A stretch of DNA of 64,000 bases from positions 10,664,001 to 10,728,000 of the forward strand of contig CM119379.1 of assembly GCA_051294905.1 (NCBI GenBank), read 5' to 3'. Below the pieces are notes generated by a model. It did not search any database. It had not been told where the DNA came from and worked only from the letters and a program-made list of their open reading frames with translations. The position numbers and the translations under genes are program-made. The stretch is from Botryllus schlosseri. Its lineage: Eukaryota. Below are positions 39,601 to 51,600 of this stretch, one piece after another (position 1 is the stretch's first letter; the number at the start of each line of letters is the position of its first letter).

Positions 39601-42600
39601 ATTGATTCAACAAGTTCGAGAAACTGCCTAACTACATTTCGAAGTTACTTATATATCCACGCCACTGTCGCCACATATAAAACATCCGCTTATGAAATCA
39701 CACATAAATAACATGTACAACAGCTCCCTTCATCATCTCCAAACATACGTCGATGACTTAGCAAGCATAGCGCTGGCATTCCAAACATTAAACTATGGTA
39801 TAGTATCTTTCATTGCTCTCAAATTCAAAGCATAACTGCCTGAAAGAGCTCAACAAATCCGCCATGAGCACGCCCCAACTATCAGCGTACGTACGTAAAA
39901 CAGCCGTATAGACTATTATCATCACCCTACCATTCGGAAACTTCAATCGGCAATAATAACACCAAAACCTTACATTTCTATTCAAGACCGCTACCGCTCT
40001 GGTCACGCTACATTTGTTCGTCAGAAATAATATTACTTTACGCACGGGTGCCAACGATATCGGCCCGGCAATTATCGGACTGTTTTCAGAAAGGTGATCG
40101 CGTGAGGACAGCAATGCCGTGACTGTTGTTAACCGCAATGACGACAAGGGGACACTAGTTATAGCGAACACCCGCCTACAAAAGCCGGGTCGAAGCTTCA
40201 GTCACGATCAGGCATGGGGCAAGCGTGATTTGCGATTGTAATCGATTATATTTGGAAAAATGCAAAGTATTGGTAATTGTAGTCCTTTATTTTGCATATA
40301 TAACCAATTGCTTTGTAAAAAATCAACTACAAAACTCTTCAGTCTTACAAGGACTATAGCATAAACTGAAAAAGAAACAATGCGCTGTGGCAAGTTATTG
40401 ACGGTAGAAACGCCGGATTTGTGAACTTCATTGTTCATCGATGTATCGTTATTCATTACCATTATCATTATTCATCACTTCAAATATTAGCTGTGCTCAT
40501 TGCGCATTTAGGGCGCCGTTCCGAATCGTATTCATTGCACAAGCTGTCTTTTTATAATGGTGGCTTGAGATATCCTTATTATATAAACGAAATCGCGACT
40601 TATCGTGATTAAATGTCGATGCAATCATAACTGCAACGGATTACTGCGAAATTTGGTTGTAATTGTAATCGCGATCGCGCGATTTGAAGTAATCATAATC
40701 GATTACATTCAGGCAGAAAACGCAGATTCCACACGAAATCAGGTGCTATATACGCATCTCTCTCAGATCTTGGACAAAGAGAAAACTATTCCGATGCTAA
40801 TAACTTGAAAATTGCGGCGACAAACTCAAAGATAAACTGACAAATTGATATAAACTTCCCTATCCACCACATGCCTAGCTTGGTAAGTGTAGCGTTGAAC
40901 AACAGCGCCCGCTAACGGTGGCCGCATTTACACGAGTTCAGCTATTCTGCTATCCGACGAAGGCAGCCAGTCGAAACCGTTTGCCGAACCTGCATGTGAC
41001 GTCTAACGTCGACTGCCTTTCAAAGTAAGGGTAATGACTAGAGCGCATCTTAATTCTGTATGACTCTAAGCCTGCCTATAATGTTCTTCACGCGATTGCA
41101 GTACCAGTAGGCCCGCCACACCATAGAAGCGTTGAAAGAGCTTCTTACCTTCAACGGTCAGAGTCCTTCCGCCAGAAGCCCCATTCTTGGAGTCGCCCGG
41201 TTTCTTCACCTACACACAATTTAAACGGGAAGGGTTATTAATGACAAAATCCATGATCCAGATCGAGTACGGAAAGATTGCAACACGCTCAGAATGAGAT
41301 TAGCCAGGCAATGTCAACATATATTACCAGGCGGCCAGGAGTATCACTAACGACAAGAATCACGTAATGTCACGTAAACGGGCCTTCTATTTCGTAAGAA
41401 ACTCTGTGCGCAAAGGACACGCATTAGTTAATTTGGCATTAGAAATGTAATAACTATTACTATTATTATGAAAGCAATAAATTAATATGAAATATTAAAT
41501 AAGAAAATGAATGTTTCACTGAATAATAAGCTTCTTGGAGGTACAGAACTTCAATATACAATTGAATAGTATATTCATATTGAAATAAACCCGAATATTT
41601 TCGGCTGACACTCGTCAGGGGTTGCTGACAGTTGCTGACGATTACCCCTGACGAGTGTCAGCCGAAAATATTCGGGTTTATTTCCATATGAATATACTAT
41701 TCAATTGTATATTGAATAATAAGCGTGAATTGCGATTATAGGGCACTTGGCGAATTCGGCACTCGGTATGTATGTGAATGATAGTGTATTCGGTTTAAGT
41801 GTGAGTGTTAAGGGTTATGGTAAGGGTAGGTTAGGATTAGGAGTCACCTAGTTCCGAATTAAATATGCCGTATTCACCGGTAAGTGGTAAACCATACAGC
41901 AATATCACGTAGGGTTAAGACAGGGCCGGCCAACCCGTGGCCCGCGAGATGGTTTTGAGTGGCCCGCGAGGTAATTTCCGAAATTTCTAATATCATCAAA
42001 CATGGATCGCACAAATTGTGAACTTGCAAGGCCAACCAAAAATTTTATTAGTCTGGTCGCAACACTTGAGATGCGATGAATAAAATATCAGTTTCGACTC
42101 ATTGACAGATCCATCAACCATTCACATATTGGTAGCCTATATCTTCGTACACTACAATACAGCAGAATAATTTGCGATAGATTTATCAAAGGTAAAAAAT
42201 TTCTACAAGCTTAGCGCAATATGTTGTCACTCGATTTCTTGTTTTTAAAATTGTTGCCCTTTTGTGAAAATTGAAGAACACCCAATGTATCAGATTGAGT
42301 CTAACTATATTCGCGATTACGAGACAAAGTGTCGTTCAACATATGCGACCTTGCGTTTGCGCTCGCAGTAAGACCGTCGACTATGAAACCTAGGCACGAA
42401 ATGATTAACGCATGTTGATCGCAGCTTTCGATATCGATATGTCCATGTGCCGAATAGCCCAGCCCTCGCAAACTTATCCTAACGATATACAGCAGGCCCG
42501 CAACATAGTCAAGTGGCAATATTATTGACCCATGAACTTTAAAAAATTTTCGCGCTTGGCGCAGATGGTGGCCCGCGCAAAAATTCGTCAATCGAATGTG

Positions 42601-45600
42601 GCCCTTTGGCTGAAAAGGTTGGCCAGCCCTGGGTTAAGACAATAACGCAATTCATCAATACAATATTCTTGAAATTAGGGGAAGAACTCGCATTTCAAAA
42701 TTGCCAGGGTTGATGATGATATTTGTCCATGTTCACGGAGACTGAACCTCATAAATCAGAACTAATGGCAGGGTCAGTTCATGGACAAAACACTTCCTGC
42801 ATAACAATAGAAGAGAGAATAAAAATCGGCACTATGGAAGTCAAATTCTAGTACAGACCGTCAATATGCCTCCTCTTCAGCATACTAAGCATATACATGA
42901 CATTTCATAAACAACTATACACTAATTGCAACGTACAACTTCAAAGTCTACCAAACACGCATGTTAGTTTTGTATTGAAGAACAAAATATTACACAATAC
43001 CCACAAATATACATTCAGGTCCTCGCATCCGTACTTCATACGTACCTTCGGCCGTTGACTGCCTCTCATTTTCGTGAGGAAGCTAATTTTCCGTGACACT
43101 TTGTTCTTCGACGGCTGTCCGTCCGGTTTCAGTGGCACTTGCGGCTTGGGAGGCACGGCAGGTGGCGGCGGCTTGCCACGTTTGCTCGGAGAGTCTTCGT
43201 CGACATCGAAATTAGTAGGGCTGCATTACAAACGAGCGAAAATTAGGATAGGATTTATATTGATGAACTTGCTTGTTACTTCTCCGGCTTCTACAATAAA
43301 TACTAATAAACATATATTTCAAGTGTTATTTCTCCAGCTGCAAAAAATAATGCAACGCTAAATTTGAGTTTATTATTTCTACAGTTACCTACTACAACTA
43401 ACTATGAAACACCATTTTGTGTGTTACTTTGCCGGTTACTACGCACCACAACAAAAAAAAACCATGCCAATGTAAATTGAGATGCAAATTTTGCTACAGA
43501 CTAGTTAGTCTATTTGGTAAATTTTTCGATGACGCCTCACAGCTAGATTTCCTGGAAGCATTATGACCTATGAATATTACAAAAGTGAACAATACAGAAC
43601 GCAATTGACAAATGTGCCAAGAAACATGAAATATAGCTACTTTTGCCAGAAAGTTTTCAATAAACATAAAAATATTTATGTTCACTCCAACAGTTATTCC
43701 TTTACCCAACAAATGTTAATGCAAACTTTAATATAAATATTGATAGTAATATTTATTCCAGCAATACAGGTAGTTCATACAAAGAATTAGGTCACCAGCA
43801 TATTCTTGATGGATGTGGAAAAAATTTAATGACATGAGCTAAGATTGATAGTCATTGATTAGAAGGAAACAAGACTTCAATCGAGTTTGCAATTCACCAC
43901 AATAAATTATTTTGCTTTTGTAGGAGATACTCATTAGGAATCAATGCCAGCAATTTGTGATTTGGCATAGAGTGTTGAGTAATCTTGGTTGCCTAGTCTG
44001 GTCTCATGACATTACATCAATTGATCCAGATGCTATAGGCCTACATATTAAAAAAAAAGTGTAGCAAAATTAGTTTCAAATAAGAACACAGAATGAACTG
44101 CTAAAATATTTGAACAGTGTTATGCATCCAAAAGCAAACTATAGTAGGGATCCAACATCAGATACAGTGTAAATCACCAACAAAAACATTTAAAAAATTC
44201 AATAATCATTGTACATGGCAATCATGGAAGTTTGCACCTGACACCACAATTATATCAACACCACATCATTCAATTATCATTAGATGTGTTGGTTGGTTTG
44301 TACAGATTTGCAAAGCAATCCCAGTGCTAAGGTATAGAGTGTGGATGCAAGGAGGCCTAATGTTAGTTTCCTCACAGAAATAAAGCGGTCAAGTCAGATA
44401 GTAGCCAGTACTTACTGAGTGCCCAATGAAAGATATATTGTAAAATATACTTTGGCTGTCTAACCAAGTCGGAGACTTTGAATATCAGACTCAAACCGCA
44501 AATTGCTTCGAGCACACCCACAGATTATCCCAGGAACTGCAATCTACCGGCATCAAGTCTAATGCATGTTGAAGTCAACCGGATCCAAGTTGTTTCAATG
44601 TCATCACCCTAACATAGAAGCCGAGACCACCCCGTCTCACAAAGCACATCACGACAAGGAGGCGCGGTCTCAGAAGAAACTTACTCTGCCAAAAACTCTG
44701 ACAACGACATTTTCTGGGTAGCATTACGTGATTCACTGTAATCCTCCGTTCCGTCGGTTTTCTCAATCATTTCGCTGTCCATGCAGAAGCGGTAGCGTGT
44801 GAGTAAATGTCGTTGGTTTATTAACTAACTCGCGGTATGGGTTGTGCGAAACGTGCCGATGCAAATTACGAGTGTGTAAAAATTCTCAAACCGCACGCGA
44901 CATGCAAATATGAAATCCACACTTTCCCCAGCTGGGAAGCAGGCAGAATATTTGCACCACAACCATTTGGTCGGTCGAAAACTGTGCCAGACATGCTAAT
45001 TTGACATTGACAAGATTAGACGACAACAATACAAATATGAGACAAGTACAATCGGTGTTTAAAATTGGTATATCTCTTCAAGGTAAACTTGTTCAATTCT
45101 CTTCATTTCACATGAAAATTTTAGGAAATCTTGGATGGCAAACTCAACAAGACAAATACCACTAACACCTAAGAAATGCCCATTAAGATAGCCTGGAATA
45201 GCACGGGTGTGTGATCATATTCATTGTAGAAAAATAGAAACTATGAAAACCAATGTGGAAGGAAGCGTTTTCCAGTCCAATAGCGGTGTTCGATCATCAT
45301 AAAAAAACTTTTTTTGTGTGTGACAGAAGACAATAAGCGACCATAATTTTGCAACCACGATATAGAAATCAACAAGTAGCAGATGAATTTAATTTTCACG
45401 CCACAGTACGACGAAAAACAAATGCGCGGCTGCACCTACTAGGGTTTATAAATGATTAGTTTGACCAATCTTACATTTGCTAAATTCCAGGTTGCGAGAC
45501 ATTGAAAGGGGTACAGCACATTGAAAAATGTTTTGTTAGCAACCTTATATATTGTTGACAGTTAAATACGACCATGCAGTCAGTATAATGTGCAAGTCAG

Positions 45601-48600
45601 GAACGTGCAACAATCATAAACAACATCCTAAGTGGAAACGCCGTATTCTTGAAAATGACCCGAAAAAAACGCAGCGAGTCGAAACATTTCAAAGATGACA
45701 ACCATGCTATGCTATATAGGTGTAATGACACCCAGTGTCATAGTTGAGACTGATAAAATCGCGCCAACTATTATGTAAGGCAGTGGTTCCCGACTTTTCA
45801 CAAGCCACAGTTGCCAAGTGCAATGCATCCTTATTATCCATGCCTATAAAATTTAGTTTGATGGCAACTCTAAGGTGAACTACATATAAAAAATGCTAAC
45901 AGAGTCTTATGTGTATTGTATGTGTCTCTTCAATTACATAGGCTACATCCCAAAACGACACAGGACTTCAAAATCCAATGCTAAATCAGCTACAGTAGGA
46001 ATATGCCACCGTAGGGTGGCGAATGTTACGCAGGCAATGCAAAGTCGCAAACACTACTACGATTGCAGTTTCAAAACTACTACTAGCAGTGCATGCTCGC
46101 AGTCTACAAACAAACATACTCATGTCGGCGTTGTAACTCTTGCAGTGCAGCAATGTACTCGCGATGGTTGCTGCGTGATAATAAATACCTGATAATGGCG
46201 CCGAGACACATTCGTCGTAACACGGACATTGCAGCAAACACAACAAGCATCACACCGAGTGAACTATCTACAAGTAAGCTAGCCTACTGTATGCAAGCGA
46301 AGGATCACACACGCACGCAAACACAAAGCAATACAACGTAAGCATTCACTGGCAGTCAACCGTACAAAAAAGTTAGAAAATAATCTTACGGTGGCAGCGT
46401 TCCTTCGCTAAAAGTGAATCTTCGATCTAAAAACACGAAAGTTGGTTAGTAAATAACGAGATATGCAAATGCAATCACACCTAAAACTAGGTAGTGAGTT
46501 ACTAGTGGTATACTGCGAATTGCGTATAGGCCTCGGAATGATATTTTCGAATGAAAATAGTCCTAGATTCACATTATTGTCTTGTGTGACATCAGCAGTG
46601 GGTGAATTAGAACCAGTAAAATCGACTACAGAAAGTAAATGGCATTGAAGTCCAGAATTGCAGATGATCAGAACAGGGTTGTAATGACTCGAGTCACGAT
46701 TTTATGATGACTCGACTTGACTCAAGTCATTTTCTCAAAATACGGAAATTACTCGACTCGAGCCAGTCTTTGTATTGACTTGACTTGAACTCGAGTCATT
46801 GCGCAAGACTTGAACCAAGTCATATGACTCGACACTCAGACAGCCAAGATCGACATTTCATTGTGATTTCGAAGAATAGTAAAGTAACCACACTATTCAG
46901 ACTTCGTCTGTTGGTACTGGTAATTGAAAACGTGACCAGAAACTGCTAAAAGTGAGGAAAATTAGTATATTATAAATGCGAACCATTCGATATCGCCTAA
47001 CAGAGTTATAAAAAGTGGGTTTAACAAGAAGTTAACGGGAAACTGGGCAATCAACACAGCGACTTGAACTCGGACTCGACCCTCTGCTCGCTTACTTGGA
47101 CTCGGACTTGACTCGGTGGTGAATTGAACATGACTCGACTTGACTCGAGTCAAAACTATAAAAGTGAGATGGACTTGTGACTCGGAGCCTTGTGACTTGG
47201 TTACAACCCTGGATCAGAATTACAAATTTCGGACATGGTCCTACTATTGTGGTAACATCAGTGAGCAGTGACAATTTATACCACCAGTGATGGTAACCCA
47301 CATATGCACTAAAATTCAGTTAACGCAAAATATATCACGGTTGTACAATATACATAGCGTTGTTTCATACTGCGTATACAGCTTACCTGCATCGACTGCA
47401 TTATTGTTGTTGTTAACACTAGCCATCACCGGGCCCAGCGAGCGCACTTTTAAAGCTCTCTGTAATGGGATATTGTCATCTCACATTGTCCTTATCGAAA
47501 GTAAATCGGTCAGAGCAAGGCAACACTACATTGAACATAGCGCTGTTAGAATTTTCCAAAAGGGCAGCGAAATGTTCACAGACTTGACTCAATTGCACTT
47601 AATATTCTGCTACTAGAGACAAGATTTGGCAATCGGACATTTTGTGAAATACTTGCATCCAACTGAATCTAAAAATATCCGCAGATATAATAGAATTGAG
47701 GTAATCACTTTGGACCTTCGGTATTATCCCACCGTTGAAATTTATCCTCCATGTTGCGACATCATACCAAGAGTGGCATTCAGTCTGTGCGAAAATTGGC
47801 GGTGATTCAATAATTTGACTGGAGTGTTCTCAAGTGCTATTGAGCAACACTGCTAACCATGAGTTAAGCCACTGTTAATGAACTCTTGAACAAAGTCCAC
47901 ATGGAAATATGTTGTAGTCAGTAATGTGGAAGTGGCAATGAGATAGCTTTTCCAAGTAACGTGATTTCAATAATTCGCTAACTTTTTCACACAACAGCTG
48001 TTGCTGAATTCGAGCTGTTTGTCATTTCTCAACTTGTGTGGACAGTAATATTGATGGAATTGAATAAACCTCGAAACAGACCGATAAACTGTGGGGGAAC
48101 AACAGCAAAATAAAACCATACTCACGTTCTCTTGACCTGTAAGTAAAAATACGGAGTGAATATCATTTCATAATTCCAACGGGTTACTTAATAGCTACCA
48201 TGAAGAATCCGGTTCAAATGTTGGCGAATCATAACTGAAAATGCTTCTACAAATGCGGGTTCTCGAAATCTAACAGGTTTGCTTAATTAAATATCTTGAA
48301 ATAGCCTTAGCAAGACAAAAATCGTGGCGTAAAATTGTAATACTTGCACTGGTAGCTCAGCATATCGATATGGCAGTTTTAAAATTTAGAGGAAACGATG
48401 TTCATATGCCGAGCGGGTGACAAAAATGGTCTCAAAGAGACAAGAAATAAGTTACATTCGAACCTTTTCAGGGCTCAACACAAAGACAAGATACACCAAA
48501 AATTAACCAGTTCCTTATGCGGATGGCAGTCACTGCACACTGTGTACAGGTGAGTCTACGGAAATCACTGCATCACACGCTGTGATCAGCACAGGGCATG

Positions 48601-51600
48601 ACAAGTTTAACATAGCAGCAGCACTTGCCCTGGTCTCACCAAAACCAAATCAGTTCTGATTGGTAACGGCACACCGAAGGTCTTATGAAGTGCTCGGAGA
48701 CGCTGTGACATAACACGCCCACGTCACAGAACAGATATCAGCGACCAATCAATGTCTAAAATATTAATCAACCGCCTTACCTACGACAGCAAATACACTA
48801 TTGTTGTTCCTGTGCTGACGTACTCTCCGTATTGCTGGCGACGCGATTGTGTCCTAAAAGGAGAAAATGCCGTCTAGTAAATTAGACATGCAAAATTAAT
48901 TATCGTGTACAGAACAAATCCGAGTGCTGATTAACAGGAGATGCATGCGGATGCGTCACGTTAGAAATCATTCAACTCCTATCATTTGAAACGTTATATT
49001 AAGAACCAACAGGTCGCTCGAATCTAATTCAAAAAACTGATTATAGCATCACCCCGGTGACGTATTCAGATGAGTGTTGATGTTCTTACGGCATATTTCG
49101 CAAAACGCCCAGAGAAAGAACCAGTGATGATCAAATGAAAAAAAAATGAAGGCTTGTTAAAGCCACTTTTTATAACTCTGTTTGGTGATATCGAATGGTT
49201 CGCATTTATAATATACTAATTTTCGTCATTTTTAGCAGTTTCTGGACGCATTTTCAAGTACCAGTACCTATAGACGAAATCCCAATAGTGTGATTACTTT
49301 ACTGTTCCTCGAAATTACAATGAAACGTTGGTCTTGGCCGTCTGAGTCTCGAGTCATATGACTTGGTTCGAGTCATGCGCAATGACTCGAGTCCAAGTCG
49401 AGTCAATAGTAAAATTGACTCGAGTCGAGTCATTTCCGTGTTTTGAGAAAATGACTCGAGTCAAGTCGAGTCATCTGAAAAACGTGACTCGAGTCGAGTC
49501 ATGACTTGTGTCATTACAACCCTGGCATCTACTACACGAGAGAGTAAGCAAAACTTTTGTACTTGTCGCGAGTTGTTGTGTTGTGATGCAATAAACATGA
49601 CGGTCAGCCCACTGCCCAACCTTACGTCACAGGAAAGTGGTGCTCTGGCTATTTATCATATAATAATCATTAATCAGTCAACCATTCCTGTGTTTGTTCA
49701 GAAATCAAAATAAGCGATCCGTCAGATTTTTGCACAGACATTTGGTGCAACTACAGATAAATCCAGGAGCGCATGAGCCAGAGAGCGTGAACATTTCAAA
49801 ACACGAGAATTTGCTGCGACCTTATCACGATTAGACAGAACACCCTGAGGTAAATAACTCGTTCCGCACGGCAGTAACTCAATGCTTGGGTGTTGAGTTT
49901 TGTATATAGAGACATAGGCTAAATATTTATGCTTTGGAGAATCCCGACAAATACTGTCATTCGACGAAACCAAGAAGATTTGGAAATTGTGTTGAGATAT
50001 GGTGTGGGTAGTGTTGACAATTAGTACTGTGAACTTCCCATGATAGCCTGGTGCAGGAATCCACATTCGGGAACGGGACATGGATTGACTGAGTGTTTCA
50101 GTTATAGAAATGGCTTCCACTACCAGCTAGAAATAAGGAGCAACGATAGACATACCGCTTGCTCTGCTTTTTCTTCCGGCGTCAGCTCAACTTGTCGTTC
50201 AGGCGAGACCCGCAATAATTCGTTGCCCTGGTAGCTTTGGCTGTATAGAGATACCGACGTAATCGCGTGTCGCTTACCGCGTCCGCGTACCTTCCTACCT
50301 TCGTTTATGAGATATCACATCCGCTTTCGGTATGACGTCCGGTTTGCTTTCATTGAGTTTTTCGACAGAATGCCAACTGTGCGGCCTTCTGCTCGGCGAG
50401 GATCCTCGGTCATCCTCATCGCTTTCCTCTTCGTCCTCCTCGCCAGTGCTCTAAAAGCAAGGGCGCTCAAATACTTTTCGGTACTTACTCAATAAGTGAT
50501 GCTACCCCTATGCATTTGTGTGTTCACAGGTGTTTAATCCTAGTGACCATCGAAATAGCCAAATTTAAATATCCAACAATGTGCACTCACATCCGATGTC
50601 GTTTCCAAAGCTTCCTCGTGCTGAGGATGGGGCGTTCGTACCGGATGAGGGGTTGAATGATCCTCAACACCGAACGGATCCAGATGGTCTGGAAACTAAG
50701 GACGAATACGATTGAAAGGATTAAACAGATTTTAAATGTAGCTCTGCCGGCGAAACTGAGCTTGCAAGTCTACTAACGCATGGTACTACTTGATGAATGC
50801 TTGATATATGCTTAAACGCCGCCACAGGACAACTATTCTAATGCAAGACTGGCCAATCAATTTAAAAAGCATAATTTATTGATCGTGTCCAACCAAAAAG
50901 AACCATTGTACGCATAGAACCGAAATGAGCATCACATCATCTACCCTGGTACATTCGTACCTCTGATTAGCCATATAAAATAAAGATATCACAGTAGGCG
51001 TATCAGGAAAGGCAATTTGGGAGGGCCCGGTGAACATTTTTGTGTGAAAAAACTTGAACATTGCTAAGTCACAGATAAGAGGTCGCACAGCGAATACCGG
51101 TACAGTCGACATTGCAATTTGTTTGTAAATTCAAATTTATGAAAAAAGCGACTTCTCGGCTATTGGCTACGATGTAACGCCGCTCAATATCTTGACATTT
51201 TCATAAATCAGTGGTTCCCAACCGGTGGGGAATTACCCTCTAGTGGGGAATTTAAAGATTTCTGGTGGGATACAGACGCACTTGCAAAATAACTACATGC
51301 ACTCTACTCATAAGTACAGCGACATAACACCACGATTACGGTTACTAGTTCACTGGTCTGAAATAGATGTGTCAGTAATTTTGTGGGTGTTGCCTACAAA
51401 AACTGATTTCGAACTCCGGATAACCAATATTGGGGTCAAAAACACGTTTAGTACAAACACAAGAAGTTTTATGTTGCAGTAAAAGGCGATTGTGCATGCC
51501 TACTGTCAGACGTACCGTAGTGAAACAAAGTCTAACTGAATTTTATAGGAGGGAGCATTTTAAGGGTTCAATAGAGGGAATTAAGTTTGTGGGTAATAAG

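Larger units (their letters stand above)
41550..41716. repeat. 72-bp inverted repeat (1 mismatch, 23-nt spacer), probable inverted Penelope-like pLTR fragment
   Basis: Arms 41550-41621 and 41645-41716; 12-bp direct repeat tgaataataagc at 41520-41531 and 41713-41724. Confidence 0.85.

Noticed and set aside
47387-47459. Exon-like segment RALKVRSLGPVMASVNNNNNAVDA with a G|gtaagc donor
   Set aside because: Phase 0 to 1, with no convincing phase-1 partner that has a good donor (46625 is possible but unresolved). The chain closes without it, so it is left unresolved rather than called.
19170-48560. Plus-strand donors (ATG|gtaagt near 19175, CAG|gtgagt near 48550) hinting at a nested antisense gene
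   Set aside because: I could not find matching plus-strand coding exons or a recognisable product.
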